A stretch of 64,000 nt of DNA. It comes from Amphiscolops sp. MND2022. Lineage: Eukaryota. The notes under the pieces are model-generated. The model worked only from the letters and a program-made list of their open reading frames with translations. It ran no database searches and was not told the DNA's origin. The stretch covers positions 21,206,001 to 21,270,000 of the forward strand of contig OZ076409.1 of NCBI GenBank assembly GCA_964187785.1, given 5' to 3'. This document shows positions 41,301 to 59,621 of the stretch, piece by piece (the stretch's first letter is position 1; every line of letters starts with the position of its first letter). A program made the position numbers and the translations under genes.

Positions 41301-41583
41301 GAAAAAATAATAGAAAAATGTTTGAAAAGTACTACAACTAACCCATTGAACCTATTTTGGTTGGTGATATGCGAATGATAATAGATATTTTTGCCAAAAT
41401 TGAGAACTCAATTCGCTTCGGAAAAACCGAGTATAAAGCACTTCGGAAACTTTTCCTAGTAGTATTGTCAAAAACATTTATGTACTCTACAAAAAATTCA
41501 AATCAACTGTACGTGCTTTTTCTCGGGAGGCTGCCAACAATTTGCAACGTTAAACTTGCAATCATTCAACCCTCATAGTCTAG

Positions 41584-42323
41584 CTAAAAAATAGTTGTAC
41601 CTCTGTTAAAAAAAATATTGAAGTAGTATTTTTGGTAAGCCTGCTTTACATCAATTTTAGTCTTCTTTTTAGGCATCTTGGCGGGGATCGTAGCCTCTAT
41701 TAAGCTGGTCACCAACACGGTCGTTTTGTCGCATCTTGAAGTAACGTGTTCTTCGTCAGATTCATCCGAGGACTCGGAGTCCTCGGGTTCTTCGAATTTC
41801 ATTTTTTTGAAAACGGATGCTGCCTTTTGTGACGATTCGCATCGAAGCTGGTAGTATTTGATGGGGACCAAATTCACATTTTCCAGCTGTTCATCGAAAA
41901 AAAAGTTTTCACCTATTGGTATCACAACTGGTGATATCAACATTTCTTTACGGAAGGGATCGTTTTTCATTCCAAACCTTCTTCGATGTCCCCTATGTGT
42001 CGGACGCCGTCTTTAGCATGGGCCAGTGTGTAATGAACTTTATCGTTTCTAACACGTTTTTCTTTCATGTAGCCCAGAACATCAAGGCTCGGTGTCAGTT
42101 CAACACTGCGGCTGTAGCTTGGAATTGGCGTTTCGTTCTTTCGGATGGGCCATTTCTCTGGAAAGTCATGGAATTTTGGGGGTGTTCTAACGACTACTGC
42201 TGCATGTTTTGAGTTGTAATCCAACCATTTGACTTTCGCCTGAAAACAAAAACTTTTTAAATTGTAACTCATTGAATAAAACTCATTAGCAGTAGTGATA
42301 TTTCTGAAAGCAACAAATCGCAA
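41584..42323 (-). CDS. Hypothetical protein exon(s): two ORFs overlapping by ATGA, possibly a frameshift
   Basis: ORFs 41967-42323 and 41584-41970, with an acidic tract and a basic KKK motif. Partly duplicated at 47615-48218. Confidence 0.4.
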
Positions 42324-44162
42324 GTCTGAAAATCGAAAATCTCTAAAACAGCAGCGATTTCTGAAAAAATTATGAGGATGAAAGTCCCTTAGATTTTCGT
42401 ATATGTTTATTCGAAGAATATAGGATGAAAATTTAATACCTCATGAGTTCGGTGGAATTCGGTGACGTAGGCTGATCGCCAAAATCCACATTCTTCCTCG
42501 AAACATTGCAAGAGTTTTCCGTTTTTGAAATTTTTAGAGAATGTCTGCATTGTCTGTTTCGCACTCGGTTCAAGACTCGGTACTAGTAGTGGGTTTAAGA
42601 GGACTAAATTCAGTGTCTTTGTAGTGAAATGAGACTAATATTATGTTGCTTCAAGCAAGCTAAGTTAGCAAAAAGACTTCAACTTGAACTGACTTCAACA
42701 AAAATTAGAATAACTTCAACTTAAACTTGTCACAGCCACAAAACCAAATTGGGTTAAATTGTTCCAAAATAATATGCCTGCCCGCGGGCGTTAATTTGAA
42801 CCAATGTGGTCAAAACTTAGATTTTCGGATAATCAGTTGAATTGCACAATGGAAAAACAATCTATTTAATGATGCTATTCTTTACTATCCAATTTATACT
42901 AATGAATGATGCCTCCTATGATGGGGATGACCATCCTTACAAGGCCCACTTCATCCAATATTCAATCTTGGTTAAAACCTAAACCACAAAACCAAATTGG
43001 GTTAAATTGTTCCAGAGTATTTTGCCGGCCCGGAGGCGTTAATTTGGACTTGAATTTCGAATAATGATAATTATTAAGTGATTATACAATGATGCCCCGT
43101 CCTGGCTGACTTCAAGTCACGCTGATAAGTCACGCTTTAAGTTACGCTGATTGACCATCTTACGCTGCATGACTGAAATCCATTCTACCGGGAAGTGTCT
43201 CGTAATTACATCGTAAAATCGAAAAGGGAATAAGATTTTGAATTCATCATTTGAAATCAATTCCTCGTCAAGTTCAGACCTCAATTTTATTCAAACTTCT
43301 CAACTATATTGTTGCAACAACCAGTTTACTAATCTCTTGAATTCGAGAATCAAACTGAAATTTTCCAAAATGCTCGATGCTTCTTTTTCTCAAACAACAT
43401 CTTCCCAAACTTCGGTCAACATTGCTATCGAGCAAATTATTGCTCGTCAATTGAATGATGATGGAATTGTACAAGAAGTTATCCATGAACTCGCGCCTCC
43501 CCCTGTTCTGACAAGTCAGATATCTCCTCCTCACGGTCAGGCTGATATATATGCCTTCGTTCCATCGAACTCATCAATGCCAGCAATACTCGCCGACAAT
43601 CATACAGGTTCAACATTTTTTGGTACTTTAAAACGTTTGTTGGGCGTAATATACTTTTTCCCTCGGCTATGTGTCGTCTGTTGATAGTTCCAGTTACGTA
43701 GTTACACTCAGTGTCAGTAATTTAAATCATTCTAAATAATTGTCGCACTATGTCAGATAAATTTTACGGAACAAAGTGCTCTACATAACTGGGTAGCGCT
43801 CTAAAGTATTGCAAATCCATAATAATACTTGAATTTATACCACAATAATAAGTTGAATAATATCCATAATAAGTTGAATAATACTTTCTGAACAAGTTTT
43901 GGTCAAACAACTGCCGTCGAAAATGATCCTTCCGACTTAGTAATTCGAATGAAATACTTTTCTGATTTTACAAATTAGGATGAACAACGGATGTTTCCAA
44001 CTGAGTAAATTATTGAGCTAAACAATCAGTGTAGGATAAAAATCGTTTCTTTAGATAACTGAATGCAATCAATTTTTTCTGAATTTTCTTGGATTTATAT
44101 GCTTTCTCTTATTCAAAGAAAAACAGATCGATTTCAAAAATCAATTAGGTTTCGGTAATCAA

Positions 44163-47596
<3,434 letters not shown>

Positions 47597-50057
47597 TTTT
47601 GTGTGTCGTTTTGTGTCGTTTTGTCGCATCTTGAAGTAACGTGTTCTTCGTCAGATTCATCCGAGGACTCGGAGTCCTCGGGTTCTTCGAATTTCATTTT
47701 TTTGAAAACGGATGCTGCCTTTTGTGACGATTCGCATCGAAGCTGGTAGTATTTGATGGGGACCAAATTCACATTTTCCAGCTGTTCATCGAAAAAAAAG
47801 TTTTCACCTATTGGTATCACAACTGGTGATATCAACATTTCTTTACGGAAGGGATCGTTTTTCATTCCAAACCTTCTTCGATGTCCCCTATGTGTCGGAC
47901 GCCGTCTTTAGCATGGGCCAGTGTGTAATGAACTTTATCGTTTCTAACACGTTTTTCTTTCATGTAGCCCAGAACATCAAGGCTCAGTGTCAGTTCAACA
48001 CTGCGGCTGTAGCTTGGAATTGGCGTTTCGTTCTTTCGGATGGGCCATTTCTCTGGAAAGTCATGGAATTTTGGGGGTGTTCTAACGACTACTGCTGCAT
48101 GTTTTGAGTTGTAATCCAACCATTTGACTTTCGCCTGGAAACAAAAACTTTTTAAATTGTAACTCATTGAATAAAACTCATTAGCAGTAGTGATATTTCT
48201 GAAAGCAACAAATCGCAAGTCTGAAAATCGAAAATCTCTAAAACAGCAGCGATTTCTGAAAAAATTATGAGGATGAAAGTCCCTTAGATTTTCGTATATG
48301 TTTATTCGAAGAATATAGGATGAAAATTTAATACCTCATGAGTTCGGTGGAATTCGGTGACGTAGGCTGATCGCCAAAATCCACATTCTTCCTCGAAACA
48401 TTGCAAGAGTTTTCCGTTTTTGAAATTTTTAGAGAATGTCTGCATTGTCTGTTTCGCACTCGGTTCAAGACTCGGTACTAGTAGTGGGTTTAAGAGGACT
48501 AAATTCAGTGTCTTTGTAGTGAAATGAGACTAATATTATGTTGCTTTAAGCAAGCTAAGTTAGCAAAAAGACTTCAACTTGAACTGACTTCAACAAAAAT
48601 TAGAATAACTTCAACTTAAACTTGTCACAGCCACAAAACCAAATTGGGTTAAATTGTTCCAAAATAATATGCCTGCCCGCGGGCGTTAATTTGAACCAAT
48701 GTGGTCAAAACTTAGATTTTCGGATAATCAGTTGAATTGCACAATGGAAAAACAATCTATTTAATGATGCTATTCTTTACTATCCAATTTATACTAATGA
48801 ATGATGCCTCCTATGATGGGGATGACCATCCTTACAAGGCCCACTTCATCCAATATTCAATCTTGGTTAAAACCTAAACCACAAAACCAAATTGGGTTAA
48901 ATTGTTCCAGAGTATTTTGCCGGCCCGGAGGCGTTAATTTGGACTTGAATTTCGAATAATGATAATAATTAAGTGATTATACAATGATGCCCCGTCCTGG
49001 CTGACTTCAAGTCACGCTGATAAGTCACGCTTTAAGTTACGCTGATTGACCATCTTACGCTGCATGACTGAAATCCATTCTACCGGGAAGTGTCTCGTAA
49101 TTACATCGTAAAATCGAAAAGGGAATAAGATTTTGAATTCATCATTTGAAATCAATTCCTCGTCAAGTTCAGACCTCAATTTTATTCAAACTTCTCAACT
49201 ATATTGTTGCAACAACCAGTTTACTAATCTCTTGAATTCGAGAATCAAACTGAAATTTTCCAAAATGCTCGATGCTTCTTTTTCTCAAACAACATCTTCC
49301 CAAACTTCGGTCAACATTGCTATCGAGCAAATTATTGCTCGTCAATTGAATGATGATGGAATTGTACAAGAAGTTATCCATGAACTCGCGCCTCCCCCTG
49401 TTCTGACAAGTCAGATATCTCCTCCTCACGGTCAGGCTGATATATATGCCTTCGTTCCATCGAACTCATCAATGCCAGCAATACTCGCCGACAATCATAC
49501 AGGTTCAACATTTTTTGGTACTTTAAAACGTTTGTTGGGCGTAATATACTTTTTCCCTCGGCTATGTGTCGTCTGTTGATAGTTCCAGTTACGTAGTTAC
49601 ACTCAGTGTCAGTAATTTAAATAATTCTAAATAATTGTCGCACTATGTCAGATAAATTTTACGGAACAAAGTGCTCTACATAACTGGGTAGCGCTCTAAA
49701 GTATTGCAAATCCATAATAATACTTGAATTTATACCACAATAATAAGTTGAATAATATCCATAATAAGTTGAATAATACTTTCTGAACAAGTTTTGGTCA
49801 AACATTTGCCGTCGAAAATGATCCTTCCGACTTAGTAATTCGAATGAAATACTTTTCTGATTTTACAAATTAGGATGAACAACGGATGTTTCCAACTGAG
49901 TAAATTATTGAGCTAAACAATCAGTGTAGGATAAAAATCGTTTCTTTAGATAACTGAATGCAATCAATTTTTTCTGAATTTTCTTGGATTTATATGCTTT
50001 CTCTTATTCAAAGAAAAACAGATCGATTTCAAAAATCAATTAGGTTTCGGTAATCAA

Positions 50058-52624
<2,567 letters not shown>

Positions 52625-52819
52625 ATTTCTAGAAATATCGAGTCCATTTTGCAGGAGGCCCGGAGGCCAATTTGCACAGCTGAGGCCATTTTGCACAAGT
52701 GGAGGCCAAATTGCACAGGATCTATTATTTTGTTGCGTTTTGGAGTCTTTGCCATAGAGAGAGCATCGAGAAACCGTTTTGCACATGCCACGAAAATGGA
52801 AATTGGTCTCTCTACAGAT

Positions 52820-53955
52820 AAGCCGTTTCACAGACTCGAGAATCCATTTTGCACTTCTTACGTGATCAGGCTAAGCCAAACTGCATTTCGTAGTTTTCAT
52901 TCGGGAGTCCAATTTGCACAATCATTTTCATTACTTCAACCCAACTAAACTCGAAAAGGGAAATGCAAATTGGCTTCCCTACAGATAATCCCGATGTGCT
53001 CTCTGGCTTCTCGACTCTATCCACAGGGGTGCAATTTGGATTCTCGCCGTTTCACACACTCGAGAATCCATAATGCACTTCTTACGCAATCATCGCGAAG
53101 CCAAATTGCATTTCGTAGTTTGCATTCGAAAGTCCATTTTGCACAATCATTTTCATTACTTCAACCCAACTAAACTCGAAAAGGGAAATGCAAATTGGCT
53201 TCCCTACAGATAATCTTGATGTGCTCCTTGGCTTCTCGACGCTACCCACCCTGGTGCAATTTGGATTCTCGCTGTTTCACACACTCGAGAATCCATTTTG
53301 CACTTCTTACGTAATCATGGCTAAGCCAAATTGCATTTCGTAGTTTGCATTCGGGAATCCAATCTGCACAATCATTTTCTTTACTTCAACCCAACTAAAC
53401 TCGAAAAGGGAAATGCAAATTGGCTTCCCTACAGATAATCTTGATGTGCTCCTTGGCTTCTCGACGCTATCCACCCTGGTGCAATTTGGATTCTCGCCGT
53501 TTCACACACTCGAGAATCCATTTTGCACTTCTTACGTAATCATGGCTAAGCCAAATTGCATTTCGTAGTTTGCATTCGCGAATCCAATCTGCACAATCAT
53601 TTCCTTTACTTCAACCCAACTAAACTCGAAAAGGCAAATGCAAATTGGCTTCCCTACAGATAATCTTGATGTGCTCCTTGGCTTCTCGACGCTATCCACC
53701 CTGGTGCAATTTGGATTCTCGCCGTTTCACACACTCGAGGATCCATTTTGCACTTCTTACGTAATCATGGCTAAGCCAAACTGCATTTCGTAGTTTTCAT
53801 TCGAGAAGCCAATCTGCACAATCATTTTCAATACTTCAATCCAACTAAGCTAAAAAAAAAGGGAAATGCAAATTGGCTTCCCTAAAGATAATCCCGATGT
53901 GCTCCTTGGCTTCTCAACTCTATCCACAGGGGTGCAATTTGGATTCTCGTCGTTT
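52820..53955 (+). repeat. 225-bp subterminal tandem repeat, about 5 copies
   Basis: ATGCAAATTGGCTTCCCT at 52963, 53188, 53413, 53638 and 53866. Confidence 0.93.
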
Positions 53956-53963
53956 CGCAAACT

Positions 53964-54530
53964 CGAAGTTCACGGTATCGCTTTTTCGAACTTAGTCACG
54001 GGATCGCTGTTTCGAACTTGGTCACGGTATCCCTTTTTCGAATTTATTCACGGGATCGCTTTTTCGAACTTAGTCACGGTATCCCGTTTTCAAAGTTATT
54101 CACGGTATCCCTTTTTCGAACTTAGTCACGGGATCGCTGTTTCGAACTTGTTCACGGTATCCCTTTTTCGAACTTAGTCACGGGATCGCTGCTTCGAACT
54201 TAGTCACGGTATCCCGTTTTCGAAGTTATTCACGGTATCCCTTTTTCGAACTTAGTCACGGGATCGCTGTTTCGAACTTGGTCACGGTATCCCTTTTTCG
54301 AATTTATTCACGGGATCGCTTTTTCGAACTTAGTCACGGTATTCCGCTTTCGAAGTTATTCACGGTATCCCTTTTTCGAACTTAGTCACGGGATCGCTGC
54401 TTCGAACTTAGTCACGGTATCCCGTTTTCGAACTTAGTCACGGGATCGCTGTTTCGAACTTGTTCACGGTATTGCTTTTTCGAACTTAGTCACGGTATCC
54501 CGTTTTCGAACTTAGTCACGGGATCACTGC
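53964..54530 (+). repeat. 26-bp minisatellite, about 21 copies, with two largely alternating variants
   Basis: CGAACTTAGTCACGGGATCGCTGTTT / CGAACTTGGTCACGGTATCCCTTTTT. Confidence 0.93.
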
Positions 54531-54920
54531 ATTCTATATCAAATTTAATTTATAGTGCAAGTACATGTATTACAGCAGTGAGTAGTTAGAACTGCCTCAA
54601 TGCTTAATTGCAATACTTATTTATGCAGCCGGCCTGGAAACAACGCAAATTTAGAATACAACGTGAAGCAAACATTACATGTAGTTCGAAACAGCAGAAT
54701 TCAATTTACTTTAACGATTAGAAGCGACTGGGAATTGATTTCTTTCAATTGAAATCAATTTCAAACGAAATTGAAAATTGTTGACAATTGAATTCGCCAC
54801 TTTAGAATACTCTCTACACACATTGATCTTCTTCACACATTGATCTCCACACATAGATAGTATTTTGTACATATAAAACTTTGTAAAATGTAGTTAGCAT
54901 ATTTTTGTAGTGTAATTTTT

Positions 54921-55007
54921 GAGACCCTTCAGAGGCCACGTTCTCGTCGTGGGTCTTGTTACGGGCGACACTATGTGATCCCCAAACAGACCAAACAGAG
55001 AGCCTCT
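54921..55007 (+). ncRNA. Candidate HDV/CPEB3-like self-cleaving ribozyme, copy 2
   Basis: GAGACCC UUC AGAGGCC ACG UUCUCGU CGU GGGUCUU GU ...P4... CAGA GAGCCUCU. A 9-nt duplication (CCAAACAGA) lies at the P4-J4/2 junction. Confidence 0.6.
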
Positions 55008-55622
55008 TTAAAACTACATCAGAATGGGCAAAAGTTTTTTTCGTTGAGATTTGTAATCTCAGCTAGAATTTATGCCCGACAAAAATTACTTGTTCAACTT
55101 ATAGTTACTCCAGTTATAGTTACTCCAGTTAAATGCAGATCACAGTGTGATTTCAATTTATAGTGCATGTACATGTACTCAATATACTCAATACTTAATT
55201 ATTCTGACGTCAGCGTATAGCTGATTTGAACAACAGATCATTTTCCTTCCAACTTTTATTCCTCCTCTCTAACTTTATTTTACCCTAACTCTAATGCTTA
55301 CCCACTTGATTTCATTTGATCCACGGAGATGTCAAAGGTAAGAACAGGTAAAAGATAGTAACACAAAAATTCAATTAGTGTGTAATAACACAAACTCTAA
55401 TTAGTTGAAGTTTAATGCTGATTGGTTTAAAATCGTTGACCTCTCTGACACCAAGGCTACCTCTGGCAATAAACAAAAATAGATCAATTAAATCTGCATC
55501 AATTAAATGAATAGAAAGAATGAAAACTAGAATGAAAATATTTCATGTAAATCAATCAACAAGTTTATTTAAATATTGAAAATGCCCAAAGAATCAGACT
55601 TTGCATGTTTTACAGCAGTACG

Positions 55623-56355
55623 TTACACAACAAATTTCGATGTTTTGTGTTGATAATATTCAAAAGTTAAGTATTGCTCACAGTTTTGTATTTTTTTATA
55701 GATTCTAGTGACGGCACAAGGGGCTAATTGTTTCCCATTAATTTGTAGAATTGTTTTTACGTTCTCAAGGGTCGGAGCTTTGACAACATTTTCGAAATAC
55801 TTTAGGCATCGTTTTTCTTCGTCACTCCAATTTTGCTCCTTTCTGAATAGATTTAAATGCTCAATGTAATTTTGGCGCATGCGATCCTCCTCGTCAAAAT
55901 CTTTGGGGTCAGGTCTCACTCCCGACCAGCGGCGACAATATATTTTACTCCTTTTCTCAGCACTTCCTGGCTGATAAGTGCTGTCACCTCCATCAGAATC
56001 AATGACATCCGATTGAGCTTTTCGTTTTATTGCACCACTCTTGATGGGTGATAATTTTGGTTCACGCACAGGTGTCTGAACTTCCTTCATTGTTGAGTTG
56101 AGGACCTGTGGAGATTCTCCTGAGTTCAGCGTCTCCTGCGCGTCTCCTGATTCATTTTCGGCAATGAGTGGCAAAGGCTGGCTTCGGAGCGGTTCCGATT
56201 CCGTTCTGAGGAAATGGAAGAGCTCGTCGCGTTGACGTTCTGAGGTCTTCGCCAGATAAACTCGCTTTTCCGTGCCATCTGTATGTCCAGTTTGAGCTAT
56301 GTGAGCCCGGGCGAGGGGCGTTTCCATGTTTGGATGCTTATGCCTGAAACAAAAA

Positions 56356-56399
<44 letters not shown>

Positions 56400-58530
56400 T
56401 ATTATTATTATTATTGCTGTTGTTTTAATTTTCATTAGTGAAATCAATACGTAACGATCAATCATTCTATTCCGCGTGACATTGTTGCATTTTAGTTTAC
56501 TAACGATTTTAAATTAGCAAGCCGAATTAGCGCAGTGGATTTAGCATTTGCGAACAACATATCTCGTGTAAATTCTATGTGGGTTCGATTCTCTGTATAA
56601 TTATACATATTTTTATATAAACATTATTTTTAAACTTAAAATAGAATTATAATAATTACTATACATTACTATAATAATAGACTTATACAAACATAATTAC
56701 TTATACATTACTTATATATAATTACTTATACATACTATATAATTACTATAATATATAATATATAAATTATACAAACATATAATTGTAAATATAATAATTA
56801 TAGTATACACACCTGTAGTGGAACGCCCAAAACTTCCGGATGGAATTCGAATTAAAGCGCAGACTTTCGGGGGATATTTTGTAACGGTTTTGTAATGTCT
56901 CTTTGACATCATTGGCCATCGACCTCTCTTCTTTATCACCAGGTGTTCCGAAAACATAAACGGGAGTGAAATTATATTTCGCCTGGAACCGTTTTTTCAG
57001 ATGATCAAAAAGATCATACAAGTCCTCGTGAACCCGAATGGACACCGCAGTCGTTTTTCCTGTCTTGTGTTTGTTGGTTCTGATTTCTTTTTGGTTATTA
57101 TTTTTGAGCGAATCATATTCCTGCCAAGTGAATCGATTCAGCGGTCCAGGGCGACAATTCATACGCACGCTTTGTATAAAATATACCAAAGCTTTTTCCT
57201 CTACAAACTTCAGAATGTCGTGTTGCAGATTCATCTGTAGGTCTTCTTTTATTTTGGCCATAGCGCTTTGGACGTCTATCTGTTCGGGCACCAGCTGCTG
57301 CAATCTTTCTTGTGTTTCTCTCTTCTCGTTGCAAGCTGGTTCCTCGAAGTCTTTATTAACGTTGCTGATAACGTAGTTCCACTTGGGTTGGTCGATTGCT
57401 TCGTCTTTGAACGTAGCGTACCAATTCAGAAATTTGGTGAAACTGTATAGATACTTTTGAGTGGTTTGAAACCCACACGATACTCTTTTTCTCCAATCGT
57501 CGATTACTTTCCCAAAAGCATGCAGTGTACTTTTATGGAATTTACGAGTCCCGTGGAACCACATTGCCATTGTTTTAGCCAAAGTGCTGTTTGGCAAACA
57601 TGTAAATTGTCTACGACCTCTTCGTTTCTCATCGGCGGTTGTTTTTTCGCACCATTCATTTATCAGCTCCATGTGGTCTTCTTCATAACCTCGTTTGTTT
57701 TTCAATAATTGCTTCACCCAGTCAGGAAACTCTTCCACTGCAGCGGGATTTTTGACTCTTTGGATATTCCGACATTCGCAATTTACGTTTTTGCCTCGTG
57801 ATCGCTGTGTTTGGATCGCTCTTTTGTGGGAAGGAATGCTTCCGAATCGTCTTTTGCAATCACTGCAATAATAAACGTTTTTACTTTTCAATGATTGGGC
57901 TCCTCTGAGTTTGTAGTAATTATTGAGAAACAATTTTAAATCTTCTGGTTTCTCGCAATGGACTTTGTTCAAATGTCTGTCAATTCTCGCGTGAATTACA
58001 GCATCGCAAATCAGACATTCATTTACATTCAGTTTTTTAATTCTCTTGTTTTGGCTCGCTTTGGTTTCATTGTCACCTGATTCGCCTTCTGTTTCGATGT
58101 CTGAATTGGGGCAAACCACATTTTGAACATTTTCAGTTGGAACTTCTTCAACAGAGTTGGATTCATCTTCACAGGGAGATTTATTGGGGACCAAATTTTC
58201 ATGAACGTTTTCTGTTGAAACTTCTTCAACAGAGTTGGATTCATCTTCACAGGGAGATTTGTTGGGGACCAAATTTTCATGAACGTTTTCTGTTGCACTT
58301 TTTTCAACAAAACTTGGTTCAACTTCCCTAGGAGATTTGTTGGGAACCAAATTTCCATGAACTTTCTCAGTTGCACATTCTTCAACTTCCATGGGAGATT
58401 TGGTGACAACCGTATTTTCATGAACGTTTTCGGTGTCAACCACGTTTTTGCGTTTTTGATTAAGAGCTGGCTTTTCTGATATATTTTTTTGTGCAGATCT
58501 CCTGGCTCGTCTCACGGATCGGGATTCCAT
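55623..58530 (-). CDS. Two-exon zinc-finger / tyrosine recombinase / Myb-like protein, 812 aa (exons 58530-56813 and 56343-55623)
   Basis: Donor AG|GTGTGT and acceptor TTTGTTTCAG|G are phase-matched (2439 nt in total). YR motifs in order: NCRPG (R), HKTG (K), SNSIRK (R), QTGHT (H), KRVY (Y). C2H2 finger CLIC..HLNKVH, N-terminal 26-aa repeats, C-terminal WSDEE helical domain. Confidence 0.85.
56521..56593 (+). other. Degenerate tRNA-like/SINE head inside the recombinase intron
   Basis: A-box-like TAGCGCAGTGG and B-box-like GGTTCGATTC. No intact cloverleaf. Confidence 0.45.
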
Positions 58531-58544
58531 TTTTGTGCTCACTA

Positions 58545-58940
58545 AACTACCGAATTCTATTCAATGAATGAATTACAGGTATTATTAGATTTACAAGAAT
58601 GCAGGTTTATTAAGTAACAGGTTTGATATTGAGGTTCCAAATTGAACGCCAATGAGGTGTGAACCTCATTGTTAACAGGTAGTTCGATTTTCCCTTCAAT
58701 TAACAGGTATATCTGTTGAACGCAGATCTGCAGGTGTGCAACCGATCGTTTGAAATCAACCTTCATTTATTCTTTAAGCTTCAATCATTTTTCAACATCG
58801 CACGCAATTCTGCAGGTGTGAAATCGATAGTTTGAAATCAACCTTCATTTATTCTTTAAGCTTCAATCATTTTTCAACTTTGTACGCAATTCTGCAGATG
58901 TGAAATTTTATTCAAAGATTTTATTCAAAGTTCACTTTCA
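58545..58940. promoter_or_regulatory. Putative bidirectional promoter
   Basis: 413 bp between divergent ATGs, with seven same-strand CAGGT motifs and an 82-bp direct repeat (58729 and 58811). Confidence 0.5.
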
Positions 58941-58943
58941 GAA

Positions 58944-59621
58944 ATGTATAACGTTACTAACGACACTGCTTCTCTTTATGACGAGTGTGACTACGAAGAG
59001 GAATGTACGTTGTCTGATGGCGAGAAGTTCAGACTTAACACGTCGTTAACGTCTTTCCGTTCGACTTTCTCACACGAAGAAAAAAATGCCCTTTTATTGT
59101 TTAGAAACATCGACAAAGTCCCTACCTTAAATTCCGTGGTTACCACGTTAAATAGAAATGATGTCTGTTTTAGTGACGATCGGATTTTCAAAATATATAA
59201 TAAAGTCAAGACTGCGTTCCATCAAATGAAGAAGACTAGCGCAGAAAGTACTTTCACACAACTTTCAACAACCAGAGGCAGTGAAGACATCCGCGCAACT
59301 TACAAAGCTTCCCTGTTGCGTTTCAGAGTAATCGAGTGGGATACTGAAACCAGGGAAGCCATTCAGTGTTTTGTTGGCGTCGATCTGAAAAAACCCTTGT
59401 CATTCAAAGAAGTGAATGTTGTATTGGAAATTAATGGTTTTGAGTTGCCACACAACACAATTTTGCGAATTTTCAGAAAAGTTAGAAGAGCTATGGTTGG
59501 TATTGGTTGCGTGTCGAGGGATGGTTGTATTACCAACCAGATTACTGAATCAATTTCTCCTGAGCAAGCTGCGATAAGGAGGAAAAAATTTAAAGCTTCA
59601 CTGTCTTCATTGGGACGTTAG
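58944..59621 (+). CDS. 225-aa protein with two Myb/SANT-like repeats paralogous to the recombinase C-terminus
   Basis: FSHEEKNALLLFRNIDKVPTLNSV..IFKIYNKVK and WDTETREAIQCF..VLEING..ILRIFRKVR align by eye with WSDEEKRCLKYFENVVKAPTLENVKTILQING..TRIYKKIQ. Confidence 0.75.
   Translation: MYNVTNDTASLYDECDYEEECTLSDGEKFRLNTSLTSFRSTFSHEEKNALLLFRNIDKVPTLNSVVTTLNRNDVCFSDDRIFKIYNKVKTAFHQMKKTSAESTFTQLSTTRGSEDIRATYKASLLRFRVIEWDTETREAIQCFVGVDLKKPLSFKEVNVVLEINGFELPHNTILRIFRKVRRAMVGIGCVSRDGCITNQITESISPEQAAIRRKKFKASLSSLGR

Noticed and set aside
53964..54530. CRISPR-like appearance of the 26-bp, 37-bp and 18-bp arrays
   Set aside because: Units are head-to-tail with no unique spacers, there are no cas genes, and the context is eukaryotic.
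56521..56593. Functional tRNA gene
   Set aside because: Only A/B-box-like motifs are present; acceptor and anticodon stems cannot be formed.
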